From positions 8,186,001 to 8,250,000 of the forward strand of contig OZ076409.1 of assembly GCA_964187785.1 (NCBI GenBank): a DNA stretch of 64,000 bases, given 5' to 3'. Both the position numbers and the translations under genes were made by a program. Below are positions 25,101 through 36,895 of the stretch, in pieces; positions within the stretch are counted from its first letter, which is position 1, and the number at the start of each line of letters is the position of its first letter. This DNA is from Amphiscolops sp. MND2022 (Eukaryota). Under the pieces are notes generated by a model. That model made no database searches. It was not told where the DNA came from and was given only the letters and a program-made list of their open reading frames with translations.

Positions 25101-28100
25101 TGTTCAAAGATTGGCCCTGGAACCTTGCTGCGCCATTCAATACTCTGCGAACTTTGAAAGGTTTTTGCGGGTGCACTACAGGATGGTGTGGCAGGTACCA
25201 CTCGCGGGGTTGGTCTAAGTTGAAACAGTCGCTTTTGTCAACTTTGGTGATGTAACCTTTGTCGAAGTCGTCGTGAATTGTTTTGGCATAAAGTTGTTTC
25301 AATTCAGGATCTTTGTCGAGGCGACGTTCCAACGATTTTAGCTGCACGAGCGCGGAAAAGTAGTTATTCGGCAAACTACTGTCAGCTTCGGTCCACAACA
25401 TTCCCACATGGTATCGGTTACCATCGTGGTAAGTCGTTTCTTCAAGTATTTCCAACGCTCTCGCATCGGCAGCGGAACGCGAATCTACTTGCTTGTACGC
25501 TCCATACGATTCGATGTCGTACCAGCTTCGGAGTTGGTCGGCAAGTTCGGAGTCGAATTCCTTGTTAGAAGCAACAGCTTTAAAACAAGTTGAATAGAGA
25601 CCTGAGGACGAGGGGAGCGGTCCACTCAAAACCCAACCCAACGGTAAACGAACGGCAACTGGAGCATTTTTGCGGTCGGAATCAAAATACTCCAGCGGGC
25701 GGATCGAGTGGAAAACATCCTGACCTAGGATCATTTCAACATCGGCGTAGCTGTACTTTTTCAAAGAGATTGGTTGCAAATGGGGGTACTTTGTTTTCAA
25801 AAGTTCGACATCGATGGTGTCAGTTCCGACTTTGACGTCTTCTCTGACATACGGTTTAACAACAAAGGGAGAGCAAGAGCCACCCGAATGAACGGGTGTC
25901 AACTTAAGCTCCACCAGTTGCGTGTCTACGACTTGGTTGGAATTCATGCCATGGACAGTAAGCTTGGTCGGGGTGCCGTGTACGTTCAACTTCGTTGCCA
26001 GATTCGCTGAGATCCAGGAATGGCTGCAGGCAGAATCACACAGTTTTAGGACTTTTTCGCTTTTGCCGTTCGAGTGAAGTTCAACTTCCGTTACTTGTAA
26101 TAGGCCCTTGACTTCAGCAACGGAAGGCATGCCTGAGCTCTCGTCTGATCTTTCGTTTTTCACTGACGTTCCGATGCAACCAGATGTTTCAGCTTTGTCC
26201 GTGTTCACATCAGTGACTTTCTTGGCAAAAATTCTGTCGGCTCCGTGTAAGAAAGAGTTGTGTGAACTCCCGCATTCATCTTTAGTACACTTGCGGGGTT
26301 GCGGGCACTGGCGAAACGTGTGATTTTGATTGAAGCATGAAAAGCAAAGCTTGTTCTCAGCTACAAGTTTTGCTCTCTGTGTGGGAGATTTTCTTCTGAA
26401 TGCCGGACATCTCCACAAAGGATGTTTTTCTTTACAGGCGACGCAAGTGTTTGACGGTTTGTCGCTTTTACCTTTGGCGCTGACACTTTGTTGACTAGAC
26501 GTCGTAGCGGCGAAAACCTTAGAAGCAGTCTTGGTCTTAGTTACGGTCACGCTGTTACTTTCTTCAGGTTTCGCTTTGCTGGGTAGAGACTTCATGCGCT
26601 CATGCGCTTCGGCTTTGTCTTTAAGCCAGTCATTGAAGTCAATGAGTGTCGGTCTGTCCAAAATTCGCCTCACTGTGTGCAGCGACCATGCTTCTCTCAT
26701 GTTTGGCGGAAGCTTTTGAACGGCTTGTCCAAGCAATGACGCGCTCGAGAGATCTTGGACGTAGTTTAGAGATCGGAAGACCCCAACTAGAGAACAGATT
26801 GTTGCTGAGTAACTGATGATGCTCTCACTGTTGTGCATCTTCACGGGTGGAAAGTTTGCCAACTTATCCAGATAGGCAGTTACTACAGCCTGTGGCTGTC
26901 CAAACTTCCGTTCTAGTGCCTTTAGGGCGTCTCTATACATTGCTCCGCAGTAAGCAAATTCAGCGATAGCAGTTTTTGCTTTACCTGTAACAAGAGTCTT
27001 GAGGTATGTTAACTTGACGTCATCGGTGAGTGGGGCTGAGTCTATGGCACTTTTGAACTGGCCAAACCATTCATGCCATTGTATCGGGTCACCATTATAT
27101 TGTGCTAGTTTCCACTTTGGCAGATGGTCTTTCTTCGTTGAAGCTAACAACAAGGCAAGATCTTGTATCGTGAATCCGGTTGTACTTGGTTGCATAGTCG
27201 TTGACGTTCCGGCTGGCACAAAGGTAGCGGCTGTTGGACTAAGAGAAGTTGTGCTACTGTACTGTACACAATTGGCGTTGTAACTGTTGCTGGGGGTATA
27301 TAATAAACAGTTCCACCAGCGGTAACGGGTACGGTCGGAGCGGCATAGGTTGGCGCGTGAGCAAACGGCATGAAAGTAGGTGCCAACGGCTGTGTTGGGG
27401 GCGGAATCGTTGTTACAATCGGTGCGGTGGTGACAGTCGGGTTCGGGAAGGTCCATGCGGACAAGTTTGGGAGGATGTGGTTCACCGGCATTGTGAACGC
27501 GGGCATCCGTGCTGTCGTTTGTGACGGTAAAACTTGCGCATTGAAACTTCTAGTTTGGGTCGGGATGATTGTCGGTTGAACTTGTTGTTGTACTGTGACA
27601 TCCGAGGTTGAAGGTCCGATATTCCCAAAGTTTTGCGCTGTCAATGGGGGAGTCTGAATTTGTACCGCAGGAGTGTGATTTAAACTCATTGATGGAACGG
27701 TAGTTGTTGGTAGTTGTACTGCCACGTTTGTTTCATTGGGATCACCTGGTGCGAAAATCGGCTGAGAGACATTAACCGGAGGTTGCTGAGATGGAATCAA
27801 AGCGGTAGTATTTGCGGCAGAAGTCGCTAGACTTGCAGTCTCCGCTGTTACAGTCTCATGTTGAGTCGTGGTAACGATTGGCGAGTTGTTAACCCAGTCA
27901 CTAACTTGGCGCGTTTCGCTAGCGTCTGTTGTTCTGCTCAACCGCGAAAGAATCTCATGAGCATCTTCGTTAGCTTCAGATGGATCTTCTTGAAGTTCAA
28001 GTTCAATTAGATGCGCCTCTGCAAGTCGTTTGCGGTTCTCTTCTTGCAGTTGTTCAAGTTCCAGCTCTTGCTTTTGTTTAGCCAGTCGTAAAGCAGCTTC

Positions 28101-28577
28101 GTTTTGCCTTTCTACTTCTTCTCGCTTGTGTTTGGCAATAAGCAAGTCTCGTTGGCGCTGACTTGAAGTTTTCGACGCTTTGCTGCTTGAAACTTTGCTA
28201 GACTTAGTCTTCACGGTGGCAGCTTTGACTGAAGTTTGCGAAGAATTATCTGTTTTGGGACATTGATCGATATATTCCCTTGCGTTTCTAAAAATTTCAT
28301 CGTTTTGTATGCTCATGACGTTCAACCATTTTTCTAAGTCTGCTGTGACAGTTGCCGGGTCGTTGGTTTTCTTGGCAAGCTCGAGTAGCTGTTCGTTCTT
28401 AGCGAAAGCTTTAGTCATAGCTTCTTCGCAAGAAGTGACCAACCGTTCGACGCGGACGCGTCTATCGGCATTGGTTACTGCTTCTGTGACGTCGTTTTGA
28501 TATCTAATCAAGTCGGCTTCGGCTCTCGCGCGACTGTCATACAACTTTTGCAACTTTTCATGAATGGGGTCAGACAT
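22177..28577 (-). CDS. gag-pol: Gag-Pol polyprotein of B, broken by one 5-nt duplication near 27255-27265
   Basis: Starts MSDPIHEKLQK; coiled coil, Thr/Pro-rich linker, DUF1759, Cys/His knuckles, protease DSA, RT YMDD, Pao RNase H, HHCC and DDE integrase. ACTGT-ACTGT duplication lies at the frame switch. Confidence 0.93.
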
Positions 28578-28988
28578 TACGTTGTCAAAATTAGGGAATC
28601 GGGTTACTTTGCAGACGTCAACCAAACAATTAAGTTTGCACACAGTTCAGGAAAAAGTTTGGTGGCAGAAAGAACGGTGATTATCGGTGACAACACTGTT
28701 TCTACAGCGCTTCAACGAAGAAACTGGCAATTTTTTTGTTTTAAGTTAAAAGTAGTCACAGACTACGAGGACGGAACACGATAAACTCAAAGTCGCGTTG
28801 AAGAAACGCGGTGTCAGTTGACGATGGTGCGGGTGAGGGACGAAACGTTTTTTCAGAGTATCAACCAGTCAGTCAAGACTGGACACAACTCTGAAAAAAG
28901 AAGGAAGAGCTGAAGAAACTTCAACCGATCAGTGAAGTTCGGACACTGTCTCAACAGCTGGAAGGAGCGGGGGGGTTGTTAACTGAGA

Positions 28989-29597
28989 TTAAAAAGAGGC
29001 AGCGGCTCTCTTCGCAGCGTTACGGGCACGCTTACTTCGCCGTTTGGGTCGGCTCTTATCAGTTATTGAGGATAGTGCGTTCTCTTTACGGAGCAGAAAG
29101 TACAAATTTTTCAGTTCAAGCTCAGGGCTTTGATGCAAAGCTTTAAATTTTTTCAAAAGGTCGGCATCCTTCTGTTTTTTCGGAGAAATAAAGTCTTTGA
29201 CTATATTGAATACTTTGATATCAAGATCGGTTTCCAATGTTTTCAATGATTCAAAGATCTCGGGGGTACGAAAGCGGTGGCAATACACCAGAGCACTGAG
29301 TTTTTTCTGAATGCTTTTCAAAATTTCAATCATTTCGGACACTGATAATGCACAGAAGTTGTTACTATTATGACGAGAAATGCTGTTATTTAGGACATCA
29401 TGCCAAATAATAATGTTGTTTTTATCTTTCAGATCTTTCGAAAGCAAATTTTGGACAATTTTCTTCGGATTTTTCGTCAACGGATTAAGACTTAGGCCCG
29501 GGATGGTATAAATTTTGTCATTGAAATGTTCTTTTTCATCGGGAGTTAACGTTTCTATTGCATGGTGCAAAGAACTAGCAGCCAATATGAAAACCAT
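28989..29597 (-). CDS. ORF0 of B: 202-aa SGNH/GDSL-hydrolase-like protein with a basic tail
   Basis: Intact ATG ORF homologous to 59448-60089 and 62166-62702. Blocks FILAASSLHH, IPGLS, IIWHDVLNNSI and ALHQS. The fold is inferred by eye. Confidence 0.8.
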   Translation of the reverse strand: MVFILAASSLHHAIETLTPDEKEHFNDKIYTIPGLSLNPLTKNPKKIVQNLLSKDLKDKNNIIIWHDVLNNSISRHNSNNFCALSVSEMIEILKSIQKKLSALVYCHRFRTPEIFESLKTLETDLDIKVFNIVKDFISPKKQKDADLLKKFKALHQSPELELKNLYFLLRKENALSSITDKSRPKRRSKRARNAAKRAAASF

Positions 29598-30734
29598 ACG
29601 TGATTTGTTTACAACAATTTGCGCAAAATTGATTTTGTTTTCTCAAGATTTTTTCATTCGGCTACACGGATTATCAAAGGGCGGATACAACAATTTTTCA
29701 AACTGGAACAAGCTTACATGGAAAATTCGGGACAATTTTTTTTACAAGAAGCAAAAATGAAATTAGCATTCAGTTCTCCAACTTTTTTGCCGATTTTCAG
29801 TTGATAATTACGAATTGAACCTTTTTTTGAGTTCTCTTTGAAAGAAGAGTATCAAAATTTTGTGTCTTTTGGGAAATTGTTACTTTAATTTTTTTTTTCA
29901 ATCACCCTTTCCAAATTTCGTAAGAAACTGAAAGTTTTACATAACACAAAAAAGTGACTCGAATTTGACAAACTTCGCTGTCTCGAAGCTAGTAGCACAA
30001 TAATGTTTCTTCGGGTTATTGGTTTTTTCAAGAAACGCTTTGCAAAATAAATTAAAATTGAAGCGCAAAGCTTTTAAAGTTTTTTTTTCGGGTACTCACG
30101 ACCATGAATTCATCTTCGGGGGGTGGGTACATTCGGTGCTTCGGGTGGTTTATTCCGGGCTTCGGTGGAACCGATGATGAGGGTTCAGAGTTGACTGAAT
30201 ACTGAGGGTGAACATATGGAGGTAAATTTGGTAGGATTTGAGGACTCTTATCTTCAGTGACGATGCAAAATTACAACCAGAGTGACAACTTCTCAACGAA
30301 AATAACTCACTAAAGCTAATTTCGACATTTTCCAAGAGAAGATACTACCAAAGGTAAGTAGTTTTCTCAAAAGTAAGAGGTCCAGAAGTACTCATTGAAG
30401 AATTGCCCAGAACTGTTCTCATTCAGCAGCATTTTCCGTTCAACATTAAAGTGAATGTGTCAATTCAGTATTTGCAAAATATTGTTCTGTTACTGAAGAA
30501 ATTAGCCCAATAAGGGAGATGAAAGGTAGAAACAATGGAAAGTATTGGACTAAAACAACCAACAGGCGTCCAAAGAAAGTATCCGCCTTACCCAAAGAAG
30601 TCGTGCCTCTCTATGGCCACCATAAAAGAGTGTTATAGAATCCGGTCTCTACATCTCGTTTTTAGAGAGAAAGCAACTGAATATTGTATTGTTCTCGTGC
30701 CAATAATGAATATCAACTGGTGTCATATGAATTC

Positions 30735-32508
30735 AGAAAGCTACAATGGTATAAATGAAGAAACTGTCAAAATAACAAAAGTTGTTTACTAATAAAGACA
30801 ATCAAATTAAAGTTTCGAGACAGCAAATTATCGAAAAGAGTATTTTAGTGGAAAACGGTATTTTAGTAATTTTTTACCAAAGACTCCGCCGGTTCTGAGA
30901 ATCGAACTCTAGACCTTTGGAATAGAAACCGAACGCGCTAAGCTATTGTGCTAAAGTGCCTTGTTATTTGTTTATTTTAATCCAATCATATTGTGTACAC
31001 AACACTGACAATGCAAATCTTGCAAGATGATAAACTAGAATACCAGTCTTGCAAGAATCTTGCAAGACAATGCAAATCTTGCAAGACAACAAATGAGTTA
31101 TGATAACGTAGTCAACAGCTTCACCAATTGTCGAAAAAAGATTATTTTTCTCTTGTTTTTGCGTTTTTTTCCAAAAAATGTACGCCTATCATCAATTTAG
31201 GTTCGTTCGGCTTGATTTCGAAGTCTCCATCGTGTACGTGATAGAGGCTCATTTGTTTTCCAATGTACTTCATCAAAACTGAGTTTCAAATGTCAGTTTT
31301 TTTGCAAAAATTTGGCTTTCAGGGCGCATTACTAAAATCACAATTCTAGAGTTTTATTTTTTCTAGAGTTTGCATTTTTGGGTCCTTCACAATTTTAGAA
31401 GTGAGACTCTGGCTGTAATGGAGGTTGTCTTTGTAAATCGGATCCCTTAATTCCATGAATACTTTTGATTTGAAAATTCAATTCTTTCAAGATTCTTCGA
31501 GAAAATGTATATCTTGCAAGATTATCATTGAAAAAATGTTTATCTTGCAAGATTCTTGCAAGATGGCTTGAAGAAAAATGCATTTTCTTTAAAGATAAAA
31601 ATGTAAGAATCTTGCAAGATAGAAAGCGACAATGGTATAAATGAAGAAACTGTCAAAATAACAAAAGTTGTTTACTAATATAGACAATCAAATTAATGTT
31701 TCGAGACAGCAAATTATCGAAAAGAGTATTTTAGTGGAAAACGGTGTTTTAGTAATTTTTTACCAAAGACTCCGCCGGTTCTGAGAATCGAACTCTAGAC
31801 CTTTGGAATAGAAACCGAAGGCGCTAAGCTATTGTGCTAAAGTGCCTTGTTATTTGTTTATTTTAAACCAATCACATTGTGTACACAACACTGACAATGC
31901 AAATCTTGCAAGATGATAAACTAGAATACCAGTCTTGCAAGAATCTTGCAAGACAATGCAAATCTTGCAAGACAACAAATGAGTTATGATAACGTAGTCA
32001 ACAGCTTCACCAATTGTCGAAAAAAGATTATTTTTCTCTTGTTTTTGCGTTTTTTTCCAAAAAATGTACGCCTATCATCAATTTAGGTTCGTTCGGCTTG
32101 ATTTCGAAGTCTCCATCGTGTACGTGATAGAGGGTCATTTGTTTTCCAATGTACTTCATCAAAACTGAGTTTCAAATGTCAGTTTTTTTTTGCAAAAATT
32201 TGGCTTTCAGGGCGCATTACTAAAATCACAATTCTAGAGTTTTATTTTTTCTAGAGTTTGCATTTTTGGGTCCTTCACAATTTTAGAAGTGAGACTCTGG
32301 CTGTAATGGAGAGTGTCTTTATAAATCGGATCCCTTAATTCCATGAATACTTTTGATTTGAAAATTCAATTCTTTCAAGATTCTTCGAGAAAATGTATAT
32401 CTTGCAAGATTATCATTGAAAAAATGTTTATCTTGCAAGATTCTTGCAAGATGTCTTGAAGAAAAATGCATTTTCTTTAAAGATAAAAATGTAAGAATCT
32501 TGCAAGAT
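30735..32508. repeat. ~886-bp tandem duplication spanning the outer part of B's 5' LTR and its flank
   Basis: 30735-31620 is repeated at 31621-32508, including the LTR end and TSD. Confidence 0.95.
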
Positions 32509-33081
32509 ACGCATTTTTTTGGACTAGGGTTACCAATACGTAGTGTTCATACGGATACATGAAAACATGTTAATGAATACTGTAAAGTGAGGTGTTACAA
32601 AATCAAATACAAGCAGCTTGCGCATTGACCGAAATTAAACCGTAAACACACTGGCTGAAGTGTTGCCTCTAAGTATTGTCAAATTTAGTTGGATAACAAA
32701 CTGACTCATCAGAATCGAGCGCAGTTGAACGAATACAACTGAATGAATAGAGGTTCCAGGCACTCTATCAGGCAGCAAAGTTTTAGTGCAAAATGTGACC
32801 ATTTGACGTGTTACTTTGTTAATTTATCGATCGAAAATAGCCTGAGAAGATGATAGATGGTGAATTGCAGGAAAAGTTTCAATTTTAACACCTTCCAATG
32901 AACGTGTAGTTTTGAACCATTAAAATTTGAGTCTTCACCCCAAGCGGCATCTTGATATTTGTCAACAGATTAGCTGCCCCAGTCCCATAACCAGTCAGAT
33001 TTGTTAATTAGATAAAACCAATTTGTGCGAAAAATTCATCTTTGATGGAGTATCTGTTTCATCAATTTGTTAAATAGACTA

Positions 33082-34132
33082 CCCGGGTTGACCCTCTTAC
33101 TAGCATCTTGGCTGTCTTGGCAAGATCTTGCCAAATTCTTACTATATCTTGGCAACCATGGATCCCATGGCAAGATTCTTATTAAGATCTTACTAAGATA
33201 ATACTTATTCCAAGATCGTATCTTATCACGATGTACAAAATTTTAAGATTATAAAAAAACACTATACCTTCGGTACAAGCAGCCGAAACTCAATCTAAAG
33301 GCTCATTTCACTCAACAACGACTATTTCTACTCGTTTTCATAATCAAAATGCTTAAACCTGCTGAAAAAATTTTGCATGCAAAAATGCGTGAAAAATTAC
33401 GATAACGTAGTCTGGCTTCAGAAATTCTGACGAGAATCCTAATAATTCCTCACCTGTTTAAGACTAAAAAATGTCGAATGTACCAAAATGAAAGGAAATT
33501 TCAAGGCTTTTCAAAACTTGTAATTTATCATTCCTGTCGATTCCAGAGGCGGAGAAATATGCTCTCAAACGTCCAGACCCACTATCGAAAAGTTACAAAG
33601 GAAAGACCTTAAAATACTGAAATTTTTGTAAAAATCATATTCCCAGCTTTCTTTGAGCCTGTTTCAGCAGCCTTATTGCTGTTAGAAACGGCGGGCATTG
33701 CTCTAACTTGGGTAATGATTCAGCTCAAGGCTTTTCTGACGCCGTTGTTGGCGACAGTTTTGCAATAGAAAGAACAATATCGATATCGAAATCGTTGGAA
33801 AAAGTCATTCAGTAATTTTGTTTTGAGTGATGTATACATTATTTTTCCATAACTCTTAATTTAATGGTTTTCTGGTTCTACTTTTTCTCGATATCGAGCA
33901 GTTCGTAGCAATTTTTTTCTTTCCAAATTCGGCTTCTTAGTTAGATTTTTCTTGCCATATTGGGCTTCTTAGTAAGATTTTTCTTGGAAACATGGCTCTC
34001 TTGATAAGATCTTACCATGGCATCTTGCAATTCTTGGCAATATCTTGTCACGATCTTAGCTAAGATTTTTCCAAGATCTTGGCAAGATCTTGCCAAGATC
34101 TTACTAAGATATCCATGGAGGGTCGACCCGGG
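33082..34132. mobile_element. TIR DNA element (MITE) with TA TSD
   Basis: TA|CCCGGGTTGACCCTC ... GAGGGTCGACCCGGG|TA, with subterminal CAAGATCTTG repeats. Confidence 0.8.
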
Positions 34133-34230
34133 TACACCTTTTGGTGGTATTGACCTCTTGGCAGCTCATTTGTGGAACTCTACAATTGCTGTTTGTACTG
34201 GATGATTTATTCGGCATCCACAAACTAAGT

Positions 34231-35910
34231 TGTGATAATCCTCTCTTAAGGGTTCAGCGTCAGATTCTTCGTCAGAATGAATAGTCACATCTACATCAGA
34301 TTCAGCTCGAAACAATGGTTTCGCAGGATGCTTAAGGTCTTTCATCTTAGACGCTCTTAGAGGATAATCGTTGTTTTCAGAATCTGAGTTTTCATTATTA
34401 GATGCGTGAACTCTTATAGACGGGTCTATTCTGGATCCCGATGGTTGTGGTTCTTGTATTTCATATATATCAGATCTTGGGTTTGTTGCAATTGAAGTAT
34501 TTTTGTTGCATTTTATCTCTTTCAGAATTGCTTCTAGTTTACTATCCATTTCTTCTCTTATTCTCTCTATTCTTTCGGTATTTTTCTGCTCAACAATTTG
34601 TGTCCAAACTTGTATTTCATCACTAATTTGACTGGGTTCTCTTAGCTGGTTTTCCAAGTTTGGTTCACCTAAATTTTCTTGAACATTTAAGTTAGAATTA
34701 GTTAAAGTTATATTACCTGTTTCTGAAGAATCGATCCTAGTTTCGCTTGTTTCTCTCTCAGTAGATGGGGTTGCTAGTCTCCTCGATCTTCGACTTCTTT
34801 TATTTCCCATTTTGCTCAGTAGAAAACAAGTTATGTTTGCTGGGGAAGAATTTGAATTATGTTCTCAAATTGAAAATCCAAACTTGAAAGAGAACAATGA
34901 AGGCAGTGGAAATGTGGGTTAGAGCTTACAGGAATTGGATCAACTGCACTCGGTGAAAGTTATTTCAATTGTGTTTTTCTTACAAAATCCTTATTTTCAA
35001 AAATATAAAACAATGACAATCATTTTTGCGAGCATCATAGAATCCTGGAAAATCTAAAAATAGGATAACGTCAGATTGCGTAATTCTATTTATATCATCT
35101 CCATAATGACGTAAATGCTTCTAATCATCCTTAAACCCTAGGAAAATGCTGCAAAATGATATATTAAACATCGCAAATACTATCTGATACAGTATAATTG
35201 CATGACATTCAAAAACTGCACATTTAGCTGAAAACCGCATAACTCCGCATATACGTCAGCCTCGAAACCGTAGGGTGACGTATAACACACGTGAACATTT
35301 TCCTCACGTTTGCTTAGTATTGTATATACAGCACAACACGATCCGCATAATATTTGGTAGAAACCGTATGTTAACGTGTAATCGTCACTGCAAGAAACGC
35401 ATAGTGACGTATACTGCGAATGGTGAAATGGTATATTACCGCATACACTAATGATTCAAAACGTATGTTATCGCATATTCAAAAGCGTATAATGACGCAT
35501 ACTTGGAAATCATTTCACGCATAATGAAGTATATTCGTAAAGCTATTTCATGTATGATGACGCATCCTTATTAGTTGAAAAATGTCTAATGACGCATAAT
35601 CGCAATTCTAATTGTAGCATGATTACGCATAATGAAAGATCAAAAATCACAGATTTACCTTACTTATGTAGCTTTTAAGCACATGTTACTCTTATGAATG
35701 AATTTTAGATGAACTAGACGTCAATGAAAGGCTCAGAAAATATCTTAGAATGAAATTCATCCATGGAAATACACAAATAATTCCAAGACATTGTAGAATA
35801 ACATCAAAAAGGAGTTTCGAGAGAGTTTAAAATGTTTTATTGTTAAGTCTTTCCAGATGTTCCTTTTCATTGCTGCACCACGGAACCATCGTATCTCGAG
35901 GGATGCGACA
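34231..35910 (-). repeat. 3' LTR of the Gypsy element
   Basis: Direct repeat of 49193-50872. It includes a copy of the gag 5' end, which explains ORF 34166-34810. Confidence 0.97.
35235..35635 (+). repeat. Phased CGYAT-N5-CGYAT motif array in the LTR (second copy ~50197-50597)
   Basis: Examples: CGCATAGTGACGTAT, CGTATGTTATCGCAT, CGTATAATGACGCAT, mostly at ~32-bp spacing. Confidence 0.8.
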
Positions 35911-36895
35911 GTCCCGCATTTTTAAAAAGGAACAATGCTGCTTCAAATCCGTGGATGAATGCTCTAGATCTGATCGCCCTTTCTTTGACCGTCTCGCCTT
36001 CATACTCTGTCGCAACCAGGTATTCACCTAGGGTCTCCAGTGCAATCTGATCGTAACATTTGCCGCAGAGTTCACAGTACCCCGCAACATTCGCCATCAC
36101 TGTAGGACTCAGCCTGATGCTATTTCTCTCCTGTGCTGGGATCAATAGGGAATTGCTGCTATGAGTCGTATTGAACGGAAATCCTAGTTGGACTGTTGGT
36201 TGCATCGATTGTGCCAAATGTTGGGCACCATGGTCAATTCCACCAATGCTGAGCGGGAACAGCATCGGAGAGAGGTTGAATCCAGTGATATTTTCTTGTA
36301 ATGACCTTTGCTGTGGGACCGTATCATTACGTACCCCTTGCTCCATCGGCTCACTTATCTGCTGTTGCGTGGGAACCGCCGATTCCTGTCTGTGGTTTGG
36401 TGGGTACCTCGGGGTCGGACGGGGAAGAATTCCCCTGTCACTTGAATTTGCTCTTGGTGTTGGGGGGACTCGAGCTGTGGGGCGGCCATAGTTATTCGTT
36501 GTCCTTTGAGGCCCGTTGCCCATAGTCCACGGGAAAAGATTCCCCTCCTCAAATTCACTATCAATGAATGAACTCGGAGAGTCCGTTGTCTCATCTTGTG
36601 GGGCTCCGATTAGGTCCATTAGTTCTCTTTCCAACTGAGTCCCGGATGTGATTGTGGCAGCTTCATGTCCTGAAGATATCACTGTCTCAGGATACAGGGT
36701 GGCTGTTGCTGCTCCCATAAATGCCGACATTAAATTGCTCCCTGTTGTGTCTATTCGAAATCTTTCGTCGAGTTGGGCGACGTTTCCGGGTGCAATGGAG
36801 AATTCGCCTTCAGAACCGCTTGAGATGTCCACCACATCGGGAGATATGGGAGAATACAGCGAGTCTTCATCAATATCAAATTGAAGGTTGTTCAT
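35867..36895 (-). CDS. Gypsy sense ORF3, ~342-aa orphan protein ending inside the 3' LTR
   Basis: Uninterrupted ORF from MNNLQFDIDED. Acidic and Pro/Gln-rich, with a C-terminal CELCGKCY and helical segment. No signal peptide or TM segment seen. Confidence 0.75.
   Translation of the reverse strand: MNNLQFDIDEDSLYSPISPDVVDISSGSEGEFSIAPGNVAQLDERFRIDTTGSNLMSAFMGAATATLYPETVISSGHEAATITSGTQLERELMDLIGAPQDETTDSPSSFIDSEFEEGNLFPWTMGNGPQRTTNNYGRPTARVPPTPRANSSDRGILPRPTPRYPPNHRQESAVPTQQQISEPMEQGVRNDTVPQQRSLQENITGFNLSPMLFPLSIGGIDHGAQHLAQSMQPTVQLGFPFNTTHSSNSLLIPAQERNSIRLSPTVMANVAGYCELCGKCYDQIALETLGEYLVATEYEGETVKERAIRSRAFIHGFEAALFLFKNAGLSHPSRYDGSVVQQ

Larger units (their letters stand above)
21632..31004 (-). 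mobile_element. Bel/Pao LTR retrotransposon B, young and near intact
   Basis: 382-bp LTRs (30623-31004, 21632-22013), almost identical. TSD CTGAC at 21627-21631 and 31005-31009. PBS TGGTGGCCATAGAGAGGC (30605-30622). PPT GGCCCGGAGGA. Confidence 0.97.
21452..32530. mobile_element. TCTTGCAAGA-rich MITE split by element B
   Basis: Short palindromic TCTTGCAAGA repeats on both sides of B (21452-21631 and 31005 onward); weak CCCT../..AGGG ends. Confidence 0.4.

Noticed and set aside
33030..33075. QIDETDTPS on the minus strand resembling the inhibitor-2 IDEPxTP motif
   Set aside because: Lacks the conserved context, has stops nearby and no clear splice sites; likely chance.
34166..34810. 214-aa ORF as an independent gene
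   Set aside because: It is the LTR copy of the gag 5' end reading into flanking DNA.
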